Position numbers and translations under genes: made by a program. DNA of 64,000 bases. Origin: a virus. Shown here piece after piece: positions 38,239-47,246 of the stretch. Every line of letters begins with the position of its first letter. Positions within the stretch are counted from its first letter, which is position 1. The notes beneath the pieces were generated by a model. That model saw only the letters and a list, made by a program, of their open reading frames with translations, was not told the origin of the DNA and ran no database searches. The stretch is taken from the IMG/VR virus record IMGVR_UViG_3300009314_000709, positions 1 to 64,000 of that record; one strand, written 5' to 3'.

Positions 38239-38954
38239 ATGGCTCTAACCGAACGTCGCACTTTCGATAGTTTCCTTCAGGAAAAGCAACTTGATCCAAT
38301 CATCCAAGAGACAGCTTGGAAGCTCGTCGAGGCCCATGAAGCAGGCGTTGACATCTCACCTTACCTTGAACTTCTTGAAGCAGGTTGGGCACAAAAGGCA
38401 GGAAGCGCAATAGGTGGGGCCATTGGCACAGGGTTAGGGCGATTAGCAGGCGCAGCAACTGCCGGACTTAGCGGCGGAGTCATGCGAGGCGCTCAGCGTG
38501 CCGGTCGTGCATTGGTACATGGCCAAGAGGAAGATAATCCTTCTTTCCAACTCAAAGACGCAATTGCTTTTGTAAACAAGGCTGTTAAGGCGGCTCCGAA
38601 TATTGGTTCACAAGGAAAAGGCATCGCACAAAGTCTACAGCAAGTAACACGCCAGCTAGATCAACACATGAAGACCTTGCAGACACTTGAAAAACAACAA
38701 GGAACAGGACAACAACCAACAGGCGCAACACAGCCAGCGGCGGGCACGCCACAACCGCCACCGCTACCGCCAGTAGCACAACGGCAGCAGCGCCAGCAGC
38801 GCCGCCAGTAGCACAACCAGCAGCAACAGCGGCAGCACCCCAACAACCACCACCAGCTAGACGAAGACGACCAGTAGCACGAGCGCCAGGAGAAGGTCAA
38901 GCTGCGACGGCAATGAGACGAGCAGATATGGCCCGTATGACGGGTAGAGGTTAA
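38239..38954 (+). CDS. glycine-zipper protein with capsid-targeting-like N-terminus; frameshifted near 38781 (0-frame stop 38811)
   Basis: TFDSFLQE; GSAIGGAIGTGLG; P/A/Q-rich tail continues in -1 frame to TAA 38954. Confidence 0.65.
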
Positions 38955-39181
38955 CGCCAATTGATTCCGTGTTTCTTGACATCGTCAAGGACACCTAACA
39001 CCGTGAGACCTATGGCCCACAACACCCACCACGGCCAATAGCTCGTGATACCTTTGACTAACCCGTGATTCCACGCCGCTACGACATAGCAGACGATGCC
39101 GACGAAAAAGAGAAGTTTGCCCAGGTGCGCCCATATACTTCCCCTACTGAAACCACGCCAAAATGCTTTTAAGGCTTCCAT
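38951..39181 (-). CDS. small membrane protein
   Basis: two TM segments, GAGGT SD. Confidence 0.65.
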   Translation of the reverse strand: MEALKAFWRGFSRGSIWAHLGKLLFFVGIVCYVVAAWNHGLVKGITSYWPWWVLWAIGLTVLGVLDDVKKHGINWR

Positions 39182-39187
39182 CTCAGA

Positions 39188-39310
39188 TTACCTCATATCT
39201 CGAAGCGTGTGAAGGACAAACCAGGTTGCTTCTGTACCTGCCCAACAGATGGCAAAGACACAGAAAAGGAGAACGGCAGCCATAGCCACTGCGGCAATCA
39301 CGTTCCTCAT
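39188..39310 (-). CDS. small membrane protein (40 aa, not in ORF track)
   Basis: manual translation MRNVIAAVAMAAVLLFCVFAICWAGTEATWFVLHTLRDMR; AAAGGA SD. Confidence 0.55.
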   Translation of the reverse strand: MRNVIAAVAMAAVLLFCVFAICWAGTEATWFVLHTLRDMR

Positions 39311-39354
39311 TACTCGGTCCTTTCGTTCTCTACAACCACAGTATAGCACAGTTG

Positions 39355-40947
39355 TCAGAGAGTCGAAACAGCCGAGGCCGCTTCATCAAAGGGTTGCCAC
39401 CATTTGCCTTTTTTGCGTTGGCGGAAGAGTCTAACCGATTCATACCAAACGGTTTTCGGTGATTCGAGGCCCCATCGCCAATCGGGTACAAGAGGCAGCA
39501 TCAGAAATGTTTGTTTGCCCATACCCCCAGCTAGATGGGCCACAGACGTGTCGACTGTTACAATCAAGTCCATCTTCGAGATTAGATTAGCGGTTGAGTT
39601 GTAATCGGTAATCATGCCGCTCAAGTCCACGATTGGCATCTGTTGAGCGTTCGCTCCAAGGTCCACTTCTTCGCCTTCCCAAGTTCGCTTGCGGTTGTCT
39701 TTCTGCAAACTAAACACTTGGTATTTCTCGCTGTTAAGTTGGCAGAAAGGCCAGAATTGAGTTGCGTGGCACGACCGTTTTGAGTCGTTATGATGGATGG
39801 AGCTACCCGCCCAAACGATCCCGATTTTGAACTTGTCTTCATACGGCTTCCAGATATGCGGTTCTAGTTCTGGCGCAAACTCAGTGTCGGGCTTAACGTA
39901 AGGATCGCAAACCATGTCTTTCTCGTCATACAGTTTGAGGACACGAGGTAGGCTAGATATTGATTGGTGGTAGTCAATGTCGTAATCACAACATATGTCT
40001 TCGCTAGTAAAGGTTCCATATGTTGAAAAGGTTACAGCGGGATCAACCACCTCATCAACGAACCCTGTGCGGCGTAAAATCGTGGTCAAATCGCCCCGCT
40101 CGAAACTGGAATTCCACTCCATTACCACGTACGCTCCTTGCTCTCGTAGGTGTCGTGCAAACCGAATGAATTGAATGGCGTCCCCTGCGCCTTGTTCGGC
40201 ATACAGATAGACCACCTTATCTTCGGACAATGGCTGTCCTGTCCAAAGCGGCCAACCAGATAACTGGTCTCGGGTTTTGCTGAAGTCTGGGAACTGCGCC
40301 CATCGTGATTCATATTCCTCCCAGCCTTCTTTGTACTGCTTTGCCAACAGTAGCGCAGAAGCTCGGTTCCAGCAGGCAGGTGTAAACTCCGGCATTAGCG
40401 AGTGCACCTCTTTGAAACATTGAGCAGCTTTTTCTGGCTCCAATTCATCCAAGAGCACATTGCCGTAATTGAACTTCAACATCGGCACGTACTTTGAAGG
40501 AATCTGCATCGCTAGCGACAATGTTTTTCGAGCATCATCATAGCGGCCAGCACCTTGATGCTCCAAGGCGATATTACTACGAATCACAACTGATTCTGGA
40601 TTGAGTTGTAGAGCTTGAAGAAGAGAAGCATGTGCTCTACTCCGCTCTCCCATCGCTCCGCAAACCACGCCCATTGTGTTCCAATATTCCCAGTTATCAG
40701 GGCGCTCATCTACAAGTGTTTTCAGAATCTCATCCGCTTCTTTGTTCTTTCCCTGTTTGTGTAAACTCAATGCCAACAAGTGGTCTGCTTGGTCTGAACC
40801 AGTGATTATTCGCTTCAACTGACGAAGCAATTTTTCGGCATAAGCGAAGTCTCCTTCTTGTAGACATTCCCCCGCTTTTGCAAGAGTTTGATTCGATAGT
40901 TTTTTGATTTCCGCCACGCTGACGGTTGAAGGTTGTCTGGTTATCAT
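39355..40947 (-). CDS. TPR-repeat plus GT9-like glycosyltransferase
   Basis: TPRs, EGWEEYE.RW, AEQGAGD.IQF.RF, IGIVWAGS, DLIVTVDTSVAHLAGGMGK, PDWRW. Confidence 0.9.
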   Translation of the reverse strand: MITRQPSTVSVAEIKKLSNQTLAKAGECLQEGDFAYAEKLLRQLKRIITGSDQADHLLALSLHKQGKNKEADEILKTLVDERPDNWEYWNTMGVVCGAMGERSRAHASLLQALQLNPESVVIRSNIALEHQGAGRYDDARKTLSLAMQIPSKYVPMLKFNYGNVLLDELEPEKAAQCFKEVHSLMPEFTPACWNRASALLLAKQYKEGWEEYESRWAQFPDFSKTRDQLSGWPLWTGQPLSEDKVVYLYAEQGAGDAIQFIRFARHLREQGAYVVMEWNSSFERGDLTTILRRTGFVDEVVDPAVTFSTYGTFTSEDICCDYDIDYHQSISSLPRVLKLYDEKDMVCDPYVKPDTEFAPELEPHIWKPYEDKFKIGIVWAGSSIHHNDSKRSCHATQFWPFCQLNSEKYQVFSLQKDNRKRTWEGEEVDLGANAQQMPIVDLSGMITDYNSTANLISKMDLIVTVDTSVAHLAGGMGKQTFLMLPLVPDWRWGLESPKTVWYESVRLFRQRKKGKWWQPFDEAASAVSTL

Positions 40948-41016
40948 ATTTCGGCTAAGCCCTACTAAATAAGAAGGAGTGTCACTGTCACCGTAATATA
41001 GACAAAAGGAGCCAAA

Positions 41017-41217
41017 ATGGGATGTGGATGCAGACGTAATCAACGTCAACGACGTAACGTACAAATGGCTCGACCCAGAACGACGACTAGCAACCAGCGA
41101 GCTAATATCGCCGCAAGATCAGTATTTCAAGGTGCTGTTTCTGCCGCTACAAAGCGACAGCGAAAAAGGATTGAGAAACTGCGACGAGAGACTATTCAAT
41201 CAAAGTTCGGAAAGTGA
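41017..41217 (+). CDS. small basic protein starting MGCGC
   Basis: AAGGAG SD, TAAATA upstream. Confidence 0.65.
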   Translation: MGCGCRRNQRQRRNVQMARPRTTTSNQRANIAARSVFQGAVSAATKRQRKRIEKLRRETIQSKFGK

Positions 41218-42063
41218 TGACTGTCCAATATCAACCTTGGGCGAAATGTCTGGCATATGCCACAATCGAGAGTCGAGAGCTACGTTCAATCGCTGACCGT
41301 ACAACTGCCAGATCATTGTGACATCTTCTTCATACCATCGCATTACTATCTTCGCAGGAACAGCAACTTCGCCGTTCGCCAACAACTTGTGCTCGTAGAC
41401 TTCGGCGCTGCATACTAGTCGGCCTTCTTCATAGATGTAATGCCCAATGATCGCCACCTTTGCCGGGTCTATGAGGACAATGCGAAGGATAGGTCGGCGC
41501 TGCATGTTCGTCGTCTTTTCTACAATCTCCCAGTATGGACCTCTTCTTCGTGCTACCACCCCTTTAACACTCACCGGATCAAAGCCAAGTATGCTTTTGA
41601 GCCACACGGGATGAAACGGCGTCTTGAGCCTGTTATGATAAAGGTTGTCGTAGCTGGAGTAGTAAAGGGCGGCGGGTGTCATCCGACGTGACCAGAACCA
41701 GAAGTGGTCGTCGTTAGAACCAATATCCATTTCTCGCCCGCTAATGGACCGTACGAACATACGAAAGCGGCGATCCTTTTCATACCTGATCTGCCCGTTA
41801 AGGTTCATCCATCGTTTCTGTTTAACAGTGATCCTGACTCGATCACACGAGAAGCTATGTATCAACTGATTTCGGGCGTTGATTCTTTCAACAAGCTCCA
41901 GAACCTCACCGGAGAGTTCTTGTGGAGGTTGTTCCGGCAACTCAGCAATAAGCGATCCCGCAGGCGGTATAGATGGAGTTGGCCGTGTCACAAACACCAA
42001 AGCAACTAGCGAGACAACGACAACTCCTATAGCAGCAAAATCACGGACCCGATCTAAGGCCAT
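41200..42063 (-). CDS. membrane-anchored LolA/LolB-like beta protein
   Basis: N-terminal TM; MDIGSNDDHFWFWSRR motif. Confidence 0.55.
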   Translation of the reverse strand: MALDRVRDFAAIGVVVVSLVALVFVTRPTPSIPPAGSLIAELPEQPPQELSGEVLELVERINARNQLIHSFSCDRVRITVKQKRWMNLNGQIRYEKDRRFRMFVRSISGREMDIGSNDDHFWFWSRRMTPAALYYSSYDNLYHNRLKTPFHPVWLKSILGFDPVSVKGVVARRRGPYWEIVEKTTNMQRRPILRIVLIDPAKVAIIGHYIYEEGRLVCSAEVYEHKLLANGEVAVPAKIVMRWYEEDVTMIWQLYGQRLNVALDSRLWHMPDISPKVDIGQSSLSEL

Positions 42064-42078
42064 CTCTCTTCTCTGATC

Positions 42079-42459
42079 TTACATGACGACAGGGCGAGCG
42101 GGCGGCGGTTGTTCACTTCCAACTCCGCTACTAAGATAACCTGCCGTTTGTTGTGGGTCGGCCATGAGGCTACTTAATGCATTTGTTATTAGGTGTTGTA
42201 AAGCCCTCTCGGGTTTTTCTTCTATTCCTCTTTGTACTGCTCGCACATGCTTCGCATATTCGTATTCTATTTTCCGTATCTTTTCAACCAAGTCTGCATT
42301 ACCTTCGCTTTCCGCTGCCTGTCTAGCGTTTCCTAAGATACCATATGCTTGCTGCGAACTCATGGTGTGAAGGTTCTTAACAGCGTTTATAGCACTTTGC
42401 ATGGGGTCGGTGTCTGTGGTAAATTCCCTAATTGTCAACCACTCATCGAAACGTATCAT
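42079..42459 (-). CDS. helical protein with capsid-targeting-like N-terminus
   Basis: MIRFDEWLTIRE after GGGAG SD. Confidence 0.65.
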   Translation of the reverse strand: MIRFDEWLTIREFTTDTDPMQSAINAVKNLHTMSSQQAYGILGNARQAAESEGNADLVEKIRKIEYEYAKHVRAVQRGIEEKPERALQHLITNALSSLMADPQQTAGYLSSGVGSEQPPPARPVVM

Positions 42460-42508
42460 TATGTGCTCCCATGAAATGTCCCTGTTATATAGTACACAGT
42501 ACGGGGAT

Positions 42509-42883
42509 TTAAGGCCATCTCTCTTCTCTGGCTTCTCGGCGACCTTCCTCATATCCTCGCTTGTATTGATAGCGATCAAAATATTTTGGGTTTGGGGAAT
42601 AGCTGTGATAGCCATCCAAATACCCCATACGATAAGCGTGCTGTGGCCCTATGCTGATTTCTGTCTTCCCATCAGAGCCAGTCTGGATATCAAGAAGCAT
42701 ACCACGGTAACGAAAACGATTCTCCCGTGGCTTTACCGGCACTACGATGTCAATTTGGGTATGACCAACAGACGGATCGCAACCCTGTGGCGGTTGGTCT
42801 TGATATTCTCTTACACCACAACCCGCTCCAAACAGTAATAGCCCTGCCGTCAAGGCCAACACCGTAATAGTTAAACTCTTCAT
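42509..42883 (-). CDS. putative lipoprotein
   Basis: signal peptide ending GAGC; AY..GY.DG / Y..GY.EG repeats. Confidence 0.6.
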   Translation of the reverse strand: MKSLTITVLALTAGLLLFGAGCGVREYQDQPPQGCDPSVGHTQIDIVVPVKPRENRFRYRGMLLDIQTGSDGKTEISIGPQHAYRMGYLDGYHSYSPNPKYFDRYQYKRGYEEGRREAREERWP

Positions 42884-43030
42884 TTCGTTCTCCTGTGAAC
42901 ATTACACTGAATTTATCTATCCTCGAAGCAGGGTTAACAACAAAACGACGAAATTTTATTGTTGCCATCCTACATAGTTAGACCAGTCGCATATGCGATG
43001 TTGTACAAGAAATTTATAACGGAGACCAGG

Positions 43031-43750
43031 ATGAGTGAATTCACCAGATGGCAAATGCTAAATGAAGCTCTTGGTTTCCCGCTCGGTGTGAAGTCAGCAC
43101 AGAGCTTGGGAATCGCAGGCTTCCACCTTGAGGAAAAGAAGAAGAAAATGGGCGTTGGCGACGAAATAGCGCCACCCGATGACGACGATGAGGACGAACT
43201 GGATGTTGATGACGAGGACGAGGACGAGGACGACAAGCCAGAACTCCCCGTTGACGACGACAAGCCAGATGACGCACCAGATGCAGACAAGCCTCCATGC
43301 AGTTGTGGTAAACCCGATATAGACGATAAAGGGTTCTGCAAAAAGTGTAAGAAGCGATGCAAGAAGAATGCTAAGAAACACGCCAAAAAGGCGCTCAAGA
43401 AGGAAGATGTCTTCGGCTCCTATGAAGATAGTTCTTTCCAAGAAATGCCAGAAGTTGGCAGCGAGGAATATCGGCAAGCCTTCTTGAAGAGTCTCGAAGA
43501 TCACTTTGGTGATCCGAAACGGCGACATGGTGGCGGCGTCAATCTCGAAGAAGAAGTCGTCTTCGAGCCACAAGACAACCAATCGCCCCTCACCGAACCC
43601 AAACCGGGCGAGGCAGGGTTCGCTCCACAAACCCGCATCGGCGGCGAACTTGGCGGCCAGGATACACCGCCGAAAGCCGATTGGGAAAAGCAATGGCAGC
43701 AAGTCGGCGAGCAGTTTGTTGAGTTCTTGGCTTCTAAAGACAAGAAATAA
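43031..43750 (+). CDS. acidic/basic low-complexity protein, possible prohead core/internal protein
   Basis: MSEFTRWQMLNE; poly-D/E tract, Cys/Lys cluster, several L-x-E sites. Confidence 0.65.
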   Translation: MSEFTRWQMLNEALGFPLGVKSAQSLGIAGFHLEEKKKKMGVGDEIAPPDDDDEDELDVDDEDEDEDDKPELPVDDDKPDDAPDADKPPCSCGKPDIDDKGFCKKCKKRCKKNAKKHAKKALKKEDVFGSYEDSSFQEMPEVGSEEYRQAFLKSLEDHFGDPKRRHGGGVNLEEEVVFEPQDNQSPLTEPKPGEAGFAPQTRIGGELGGQDTPPKADWEKQWQQVGEQFVEFLASKDKK

Positions 43751-43840
43751 TGCAGCCGGACGTGCCTCTACCGGAGATTTGATGCATTCGAGAGCATTAG
43801 GAACAGGCTTTAATCGCTACGGCCAGGGAAGCTAGCACTA

Positions 43841-43876
43841 AATCCCCTCGTCCCGCCAAGCGGGACGAGGGGATTA
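43841..43876. terminator. intrinsic terminator between convergent genes
   Basis: AATCCCCTCGTCCCGC/GCGGGACGAGGGGATT. Confidence 0.8.
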
Positions 43877-43880
43877 TTTG

Positions 43881-44258
43881 TCATTGCCTGATGCGAAATT
43901 TCTCCGTACCACAGTAGGGACAATATGTCCATCCCAACTCAAGTTCCTCTCTACAAAGATCGCAGAAGGGATCATCATCGTCGTGCCAGTGATCGTGTTT
44001 GATGTGGCCGTGATAAACAATCTGGCTAATGATGATGACTACGGGGATGAAGGTCAGAAGCTGCTTCATAAAGAACACGAAGCTCTCTTCGTAGACGGCC
44101 GTGATAATCAACATCCCAAAACCTAGTGCCAGCAGGATATGGTACGGTAGGGACAAGTCACGCACCTCTCTGTGCTTTTGTATCTTCCAGATTTGCAGCC
44201 AGTAGCTAAAGGCTAAAACGCCGATTGCTACGTAGGATAGTGTACTCAGCATTTGCAT
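43881..44258 (-). CDS. PQ-loop/SemiSWEET-like membrane protein with C-terminal zinc ribbon
   Basis: LQIWKI...EVRDLSL, three TMs, CDLC..CPYCG. Confidence 0.7.
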   Translation of the reverse strand: MQMLSTLSYVAIGVLAFSYWLQIWKIQKHREVRDLSLPYHILLALGFGMLIITAVYEESFVFFMKQLLTFIPVVIIISQIVYHGHIKHDHWHDDDDPFCDLCREELELGWTYCPYCGTEKFRIRQ

Positions 44259-44274
44259 ACCCTCCCCGGTGCGC

Positions 44275-44317
44275 AAAAACACCCCCACCGCATAATTGCG
44301 GTGGGGGTGTTTTTTTG
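44275..44317. terminator. bidirectional intrinsic terminator
   Basis: AAAAACACCCCCACCGCA/TGCGGTGGGGGTGTTTTTTTT. Confidence 0.8.
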
Positions 44318-44339
44318 TATTCAAAGGGACTGTTGTGGA

Positions 44340-44924
44340 CTAGGCATCGGCATCGGCATCGGTTCCACCGGCTGCGGCTTGGGCTGACGTAAAGGCGGCT
44401 CGTGCGGCTTTGGTTTCGGCTTCGGCTCTCTTGATGGGGTTGGCCTCGAAGGAGGCGTCGTCGGTCTCGGTACTGGTATCTCTATCATCTTCTTCTGTCT
44501 CCGGTGACGGGAATAAGCCTATCTCTCGCAGGTAGTCCTTGAAAGCTCCTGGCAAATGAATAGGGATCGTTCGGACAAAGAGAGCTAGACCGATCAACTT
44601 TTCCTCATCTTCTACATCTTCATAGATGGATTCAGATTCTATTATTGCGTAGACGAACAGATAATCATCACTGTAGATCATTTTCCCCCGGTGGGTTTCA
44701 TTGAGCAGCCTTTTCTGACTCATGGCTCGTCGTATCTCTTTATCAAAGTAGTCGCCAGGAGTTTCATTCACTGGTGTCGCTTCTGTACTGCCAGCGTGGC
44801 TACACTTCTTACCCTCGGGTATGAACTTATAACATATCTCGTTAGTCGCCCAACCGCCGAGGATCAAAGTTCCCTTTTCGGGCTTGTCTTCCAAGTCGAG
44901 AGTGTATTGAACCCAAATCTCCAT
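44340..44924 (-). CDS. hypothetical protein
   Basis: 194-aa ORF in minus-strand operon. Confidence 0.6.
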   Translation of the reverse strand: MEIWVQYTLDLEDKPEKGTLILGGWATNEICYKFIPEGKKCSHAGSTEATPVNETPGDYFDKEIRRAMSQKRLLNETHRGKMIYSDDYLFVYAIIESESIYEDVEDEEKLIGLALFVRTIPIHLPGAFKDYLREIGLFPSPETEEDDRDTSTETDDASFEANPIKRAEAETKAARAAFTSAQAAAGGTDADADA

Positions 44925-44926
44925 CG

Positions 44927-45760
44927 CTAAACCTGATTGTCCAAGAAGTCATTGGACACCCGAATACGTTTCAAGGATGTGAAAAACTGAGACACAACGT
45001 AACTTCGATGCAAGCCCTTCCAGACATAGATAAGGGCAGCCAAAATACCGCCTGTGGTAGTGCCCTGTTGCACGAGAATGTACACGATGCAAATCTCAGC
45101 AATGATGATGCAAATGTGTGTTATCGCCCACGTCAGCGCATCATAATCTGACTGCCGTATCAGTCTTCTTTTGATGAGCGAATAGCCTTCCTCCACTGTT
45201 TCCAGATCGTGCAGCGCAATAGCCGAACTCACGTCTTCCCGGTGCACTTGCTCTTGATGCTGTTGAGTCATTGCCCAACATGCTATCACGTACCCCGTGA
45301 AGCAACAGAAAGCAATCAGCGAGGCAAAAACAATCGTAACATCCCCGACGATAAACCAAAGGAAGCCAATGCTCACAAAGATGTCAATAATGGCGCACGC
45401 CGCCGATGGTAAGACGAATTCATAGAAATCAGCATACCTTCGTACCAATTCTTGACGACTAATGATTTTCGGAACGGCAACACGAAGTGCGACTAGTTTT
45501 CGAGCCGTCTCACCGGCCACCCTCGCCCAGACATCACCAAAAGCTCTGGTGTCGAATAACCTTCTCCCAGTCCCGATCAGCAAACCAACGATACAGATGC
45601 CAATATATCCCGCAAAGGCATACCACGACCCATCTAATGCCATATCGAGCGCCTTGCCCAGCAAGTAGGGAAGGCAAGCGAACATGACGAATTCCACCAA
45701 CAGCGTCGTGTACGTCGCTATGATGCGGAACTTATTGTCGAGAAACATTCGCCACAACAT
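44927..45760 (-). CDS. ABC transporter six-transmembrane-domain protein (no ATPase domain)
   Basis: PYLLG.ALD, GRRLFDTR.F, DFYE..LP motifs; six TMs. Confidence 0.72.
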   Translation of the reverse strand: MLWRMFLDNKFRIIATYTTLLVEFVMFACLPYLLGKALDMALDGSWYAFAGYIGICIVGLLIGTGRRLFDTRAFGDVWARVAGETARKLVALRVAVPKIISRQELVRRYADFYEFVLPSAACAIIDIFVSIGFLWFIVGDVTIVFASLIAFCCFTGYVIACWAMTQQHQEQVHREDVSSAIALHDLETVEEGYSLIKRRLIRQSDYDALTWAITHICIIIAEICIVYILVQQGTTTGGILAALIYVWKGLHRSYVVSQFFTSLKRIRVSNDFLDNQV

Positions 45761-45782
45761 ACAACCCTCTCACACACAAAAA

Positions 45783-46079
45783 ACACGTCAGTCTCGTACC
45801 CAGGATTCTGTTTAATGCGGCCATTTATCTGGTGGCCTCGACCCGGCTATCATAGCCCTGTTCACCGGCTAAGCCTGTTTGAGTTGCACCCTCTGGGGTC
45901 CAAGCGGATGTATGCCAGGCACATTTACCTTGGCGTGATGTCAAGCGTTTCGCTGTTTGCACTCACGCAAGCCGTGAATGGCCGATCATACACCCTCCCC
46001 CATTAGAACAGCGGTGTCCTGAAGTTCCTCACATCCTTACTGGTAGGTAAGGGTAGTGCGACCGCTCGGACTGACGTAT
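45783..46079 (-). ncRNA. rnpB: RNase P RNA (bacterial type-A-like catalytic domain, divergent S-domain, no P18)
   Basis: P1 AUACGUCAGUC/GACUGACGUGU; P2 GCGGUCG/UGGCCGC; CR-I GAGGAACUUCAGGAC; CR-IV AGAUAAAUG; CR-V ACAGAAUCCUGGGUA; P5 CACC/GGUG-CAA; P6 CUGUUC/GAACAG; L15 GGU. Confidence 0.9.
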
Positions 46080-46091
46080 CTGGTTTACAAT

Positions 46092-46307
46092 TCACCCTAC
46101 GTGTGAAAGGTGTGTGATGGTGCCATCTTCGACGACGACATTGAGCCTATTCGTACAGTAGTCGGCGGTTCCAACGTAGCATTTGCCGTCTTCTTGTAAG
46201 ATGCGTAGAGTGAAGCCCTTTGATTCTACCAGATGTTTAGCTTGATCGATTTCTAATCCGATAATGCTCTTACTGAGATATCGCTTTGCGTTCAACCGAA
46301 CCCCCAA
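46092..46307 (-). CDS. peptidase inhibitor I78/I13-like small protein
   Basis: IIGL..DQA and TADYCTNRLNVVVEDG.I...HVG. Confidence 0.7.
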   Translation of the reverse strand: MGVRLNAKRYLSKSIIGLEIDQAKHLVESKGFTLRILQEDGKCYVGTADYCTNRLNVVVEDGTITHLSHVG

Positions 46308-47218
46308 CGTTTTCTGTTCTCTCGTATGCCTGCCTCAATATCGTATTTAGGCACGAACCCGAGATGCTTCTTCGCCAAAGCCATATCACATTCAGTGTGA
46401 TCTTGGTATTTCTCAGGTTCTGGATTAGGTATATAGCATGGACCGCCCCAACTCCATTTGCTATACAAGTCAGCCAGAATATCATGGATTCGATTGAATG
46501 TTGTCGCTACCCCCGATCCGCAATTCACAACGCATGATCGATCAGCTTCCATCGCCATCAAATTCGCTCGTACCACATCATCTACGAAAATCCAGTCTCG
46601 CTTCTGTTCTCCATGCTCAAATAGTTTGACCGGCCGCCAGACGATCCTCTTGCCCACCTGATGAATCATACTGGCTCGTTTGCCTTTATGATGCTCGCCT
46701 GGGCCATAAACGTTGCAATAGCGAAGTCCTATGAAAGTGACGTGTGGATACCTGACAGATAAGTGACGAGTGACTTTTTCCAGTTCGAGCTTTGATCGAG
46801 CATAGGCATTTAGCGGATCAACCGGCCCGTCCTCTCGCTGCGGCGCTGGTGTTTTGCCATATACGGCCGTCGAAGAAGCATAGACGATCTTTTGACAACC
46901 ATTTGCTATCGCCCACTCAAAGACGTTAATAGAACTATGCACGTTCTGCCACAACATTTCCCTCTCGTCTTTGCAGGTGGTATCGTTATTCGCCGCCTGG
47001 TGGAAGAGCACATCGAGAGATTGGTGTTCATCTCGGAGAAGAGACGACATGCGGTGAAAATGCACGCCGCCGACGCCATGAAAGAACAACGCACATTCTG
47101 GAGGTAATTTGTTTTCGCAAGGGGAACCGGTAGCCAACACGAAATAACCCAGTTCGAGTAATCTCTTAACTAGGTTCGAGCCAACGAATCCCGTTCCACC
47201 TGTCACCAGCATAGCCAT
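46292..47218 (-). CDS. hldD: ADP-L-glycero-D-manno-heptose 6-epimerase-like NAD-dependent epimerase
   Basis: VTGGTGFVGS, FHQAA..DTT, YASS.AVYG, PLNAYARSK, GLRY.NVYGPGE.HKG, GEQKRD. Confidence 0.85.
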   Translation of the reverse strand: MAMLVTGGTGFVGSNLVKRLLELGYFVLATGSPCENKLPPECALFFHGVGGVHFHRMSSLLRDEHQSLDVLFHQAANNDTTCKDEREMLWQNVHSSINVFEWAIANGCQKIVYASSTAVYGKTPAPQREDGPVDPLNAYARSKLELEKVTRHLSVRYPHVTFIGLRYCNVYGPGEHHKGKRASMIHQVGKRIVWRPVKLFEHGEQKRDWIFVDDVVRANLMAMEADRSCVVNCGSGVATTFNRIHDILADLYSKWSWGGPCYIPNPEPEKYQDHTECDMALAKKHLGFVPKYDIEAGIRENRKRWGFG

Positions 47219-47246
47219 TGTAAGCCTCTTGTTTGACTCACCCCAC

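Noticed and set aside
45815-46006. 63-aa plus-strand ORF
   Set aside because: Lies antisense within the RNase P RNA
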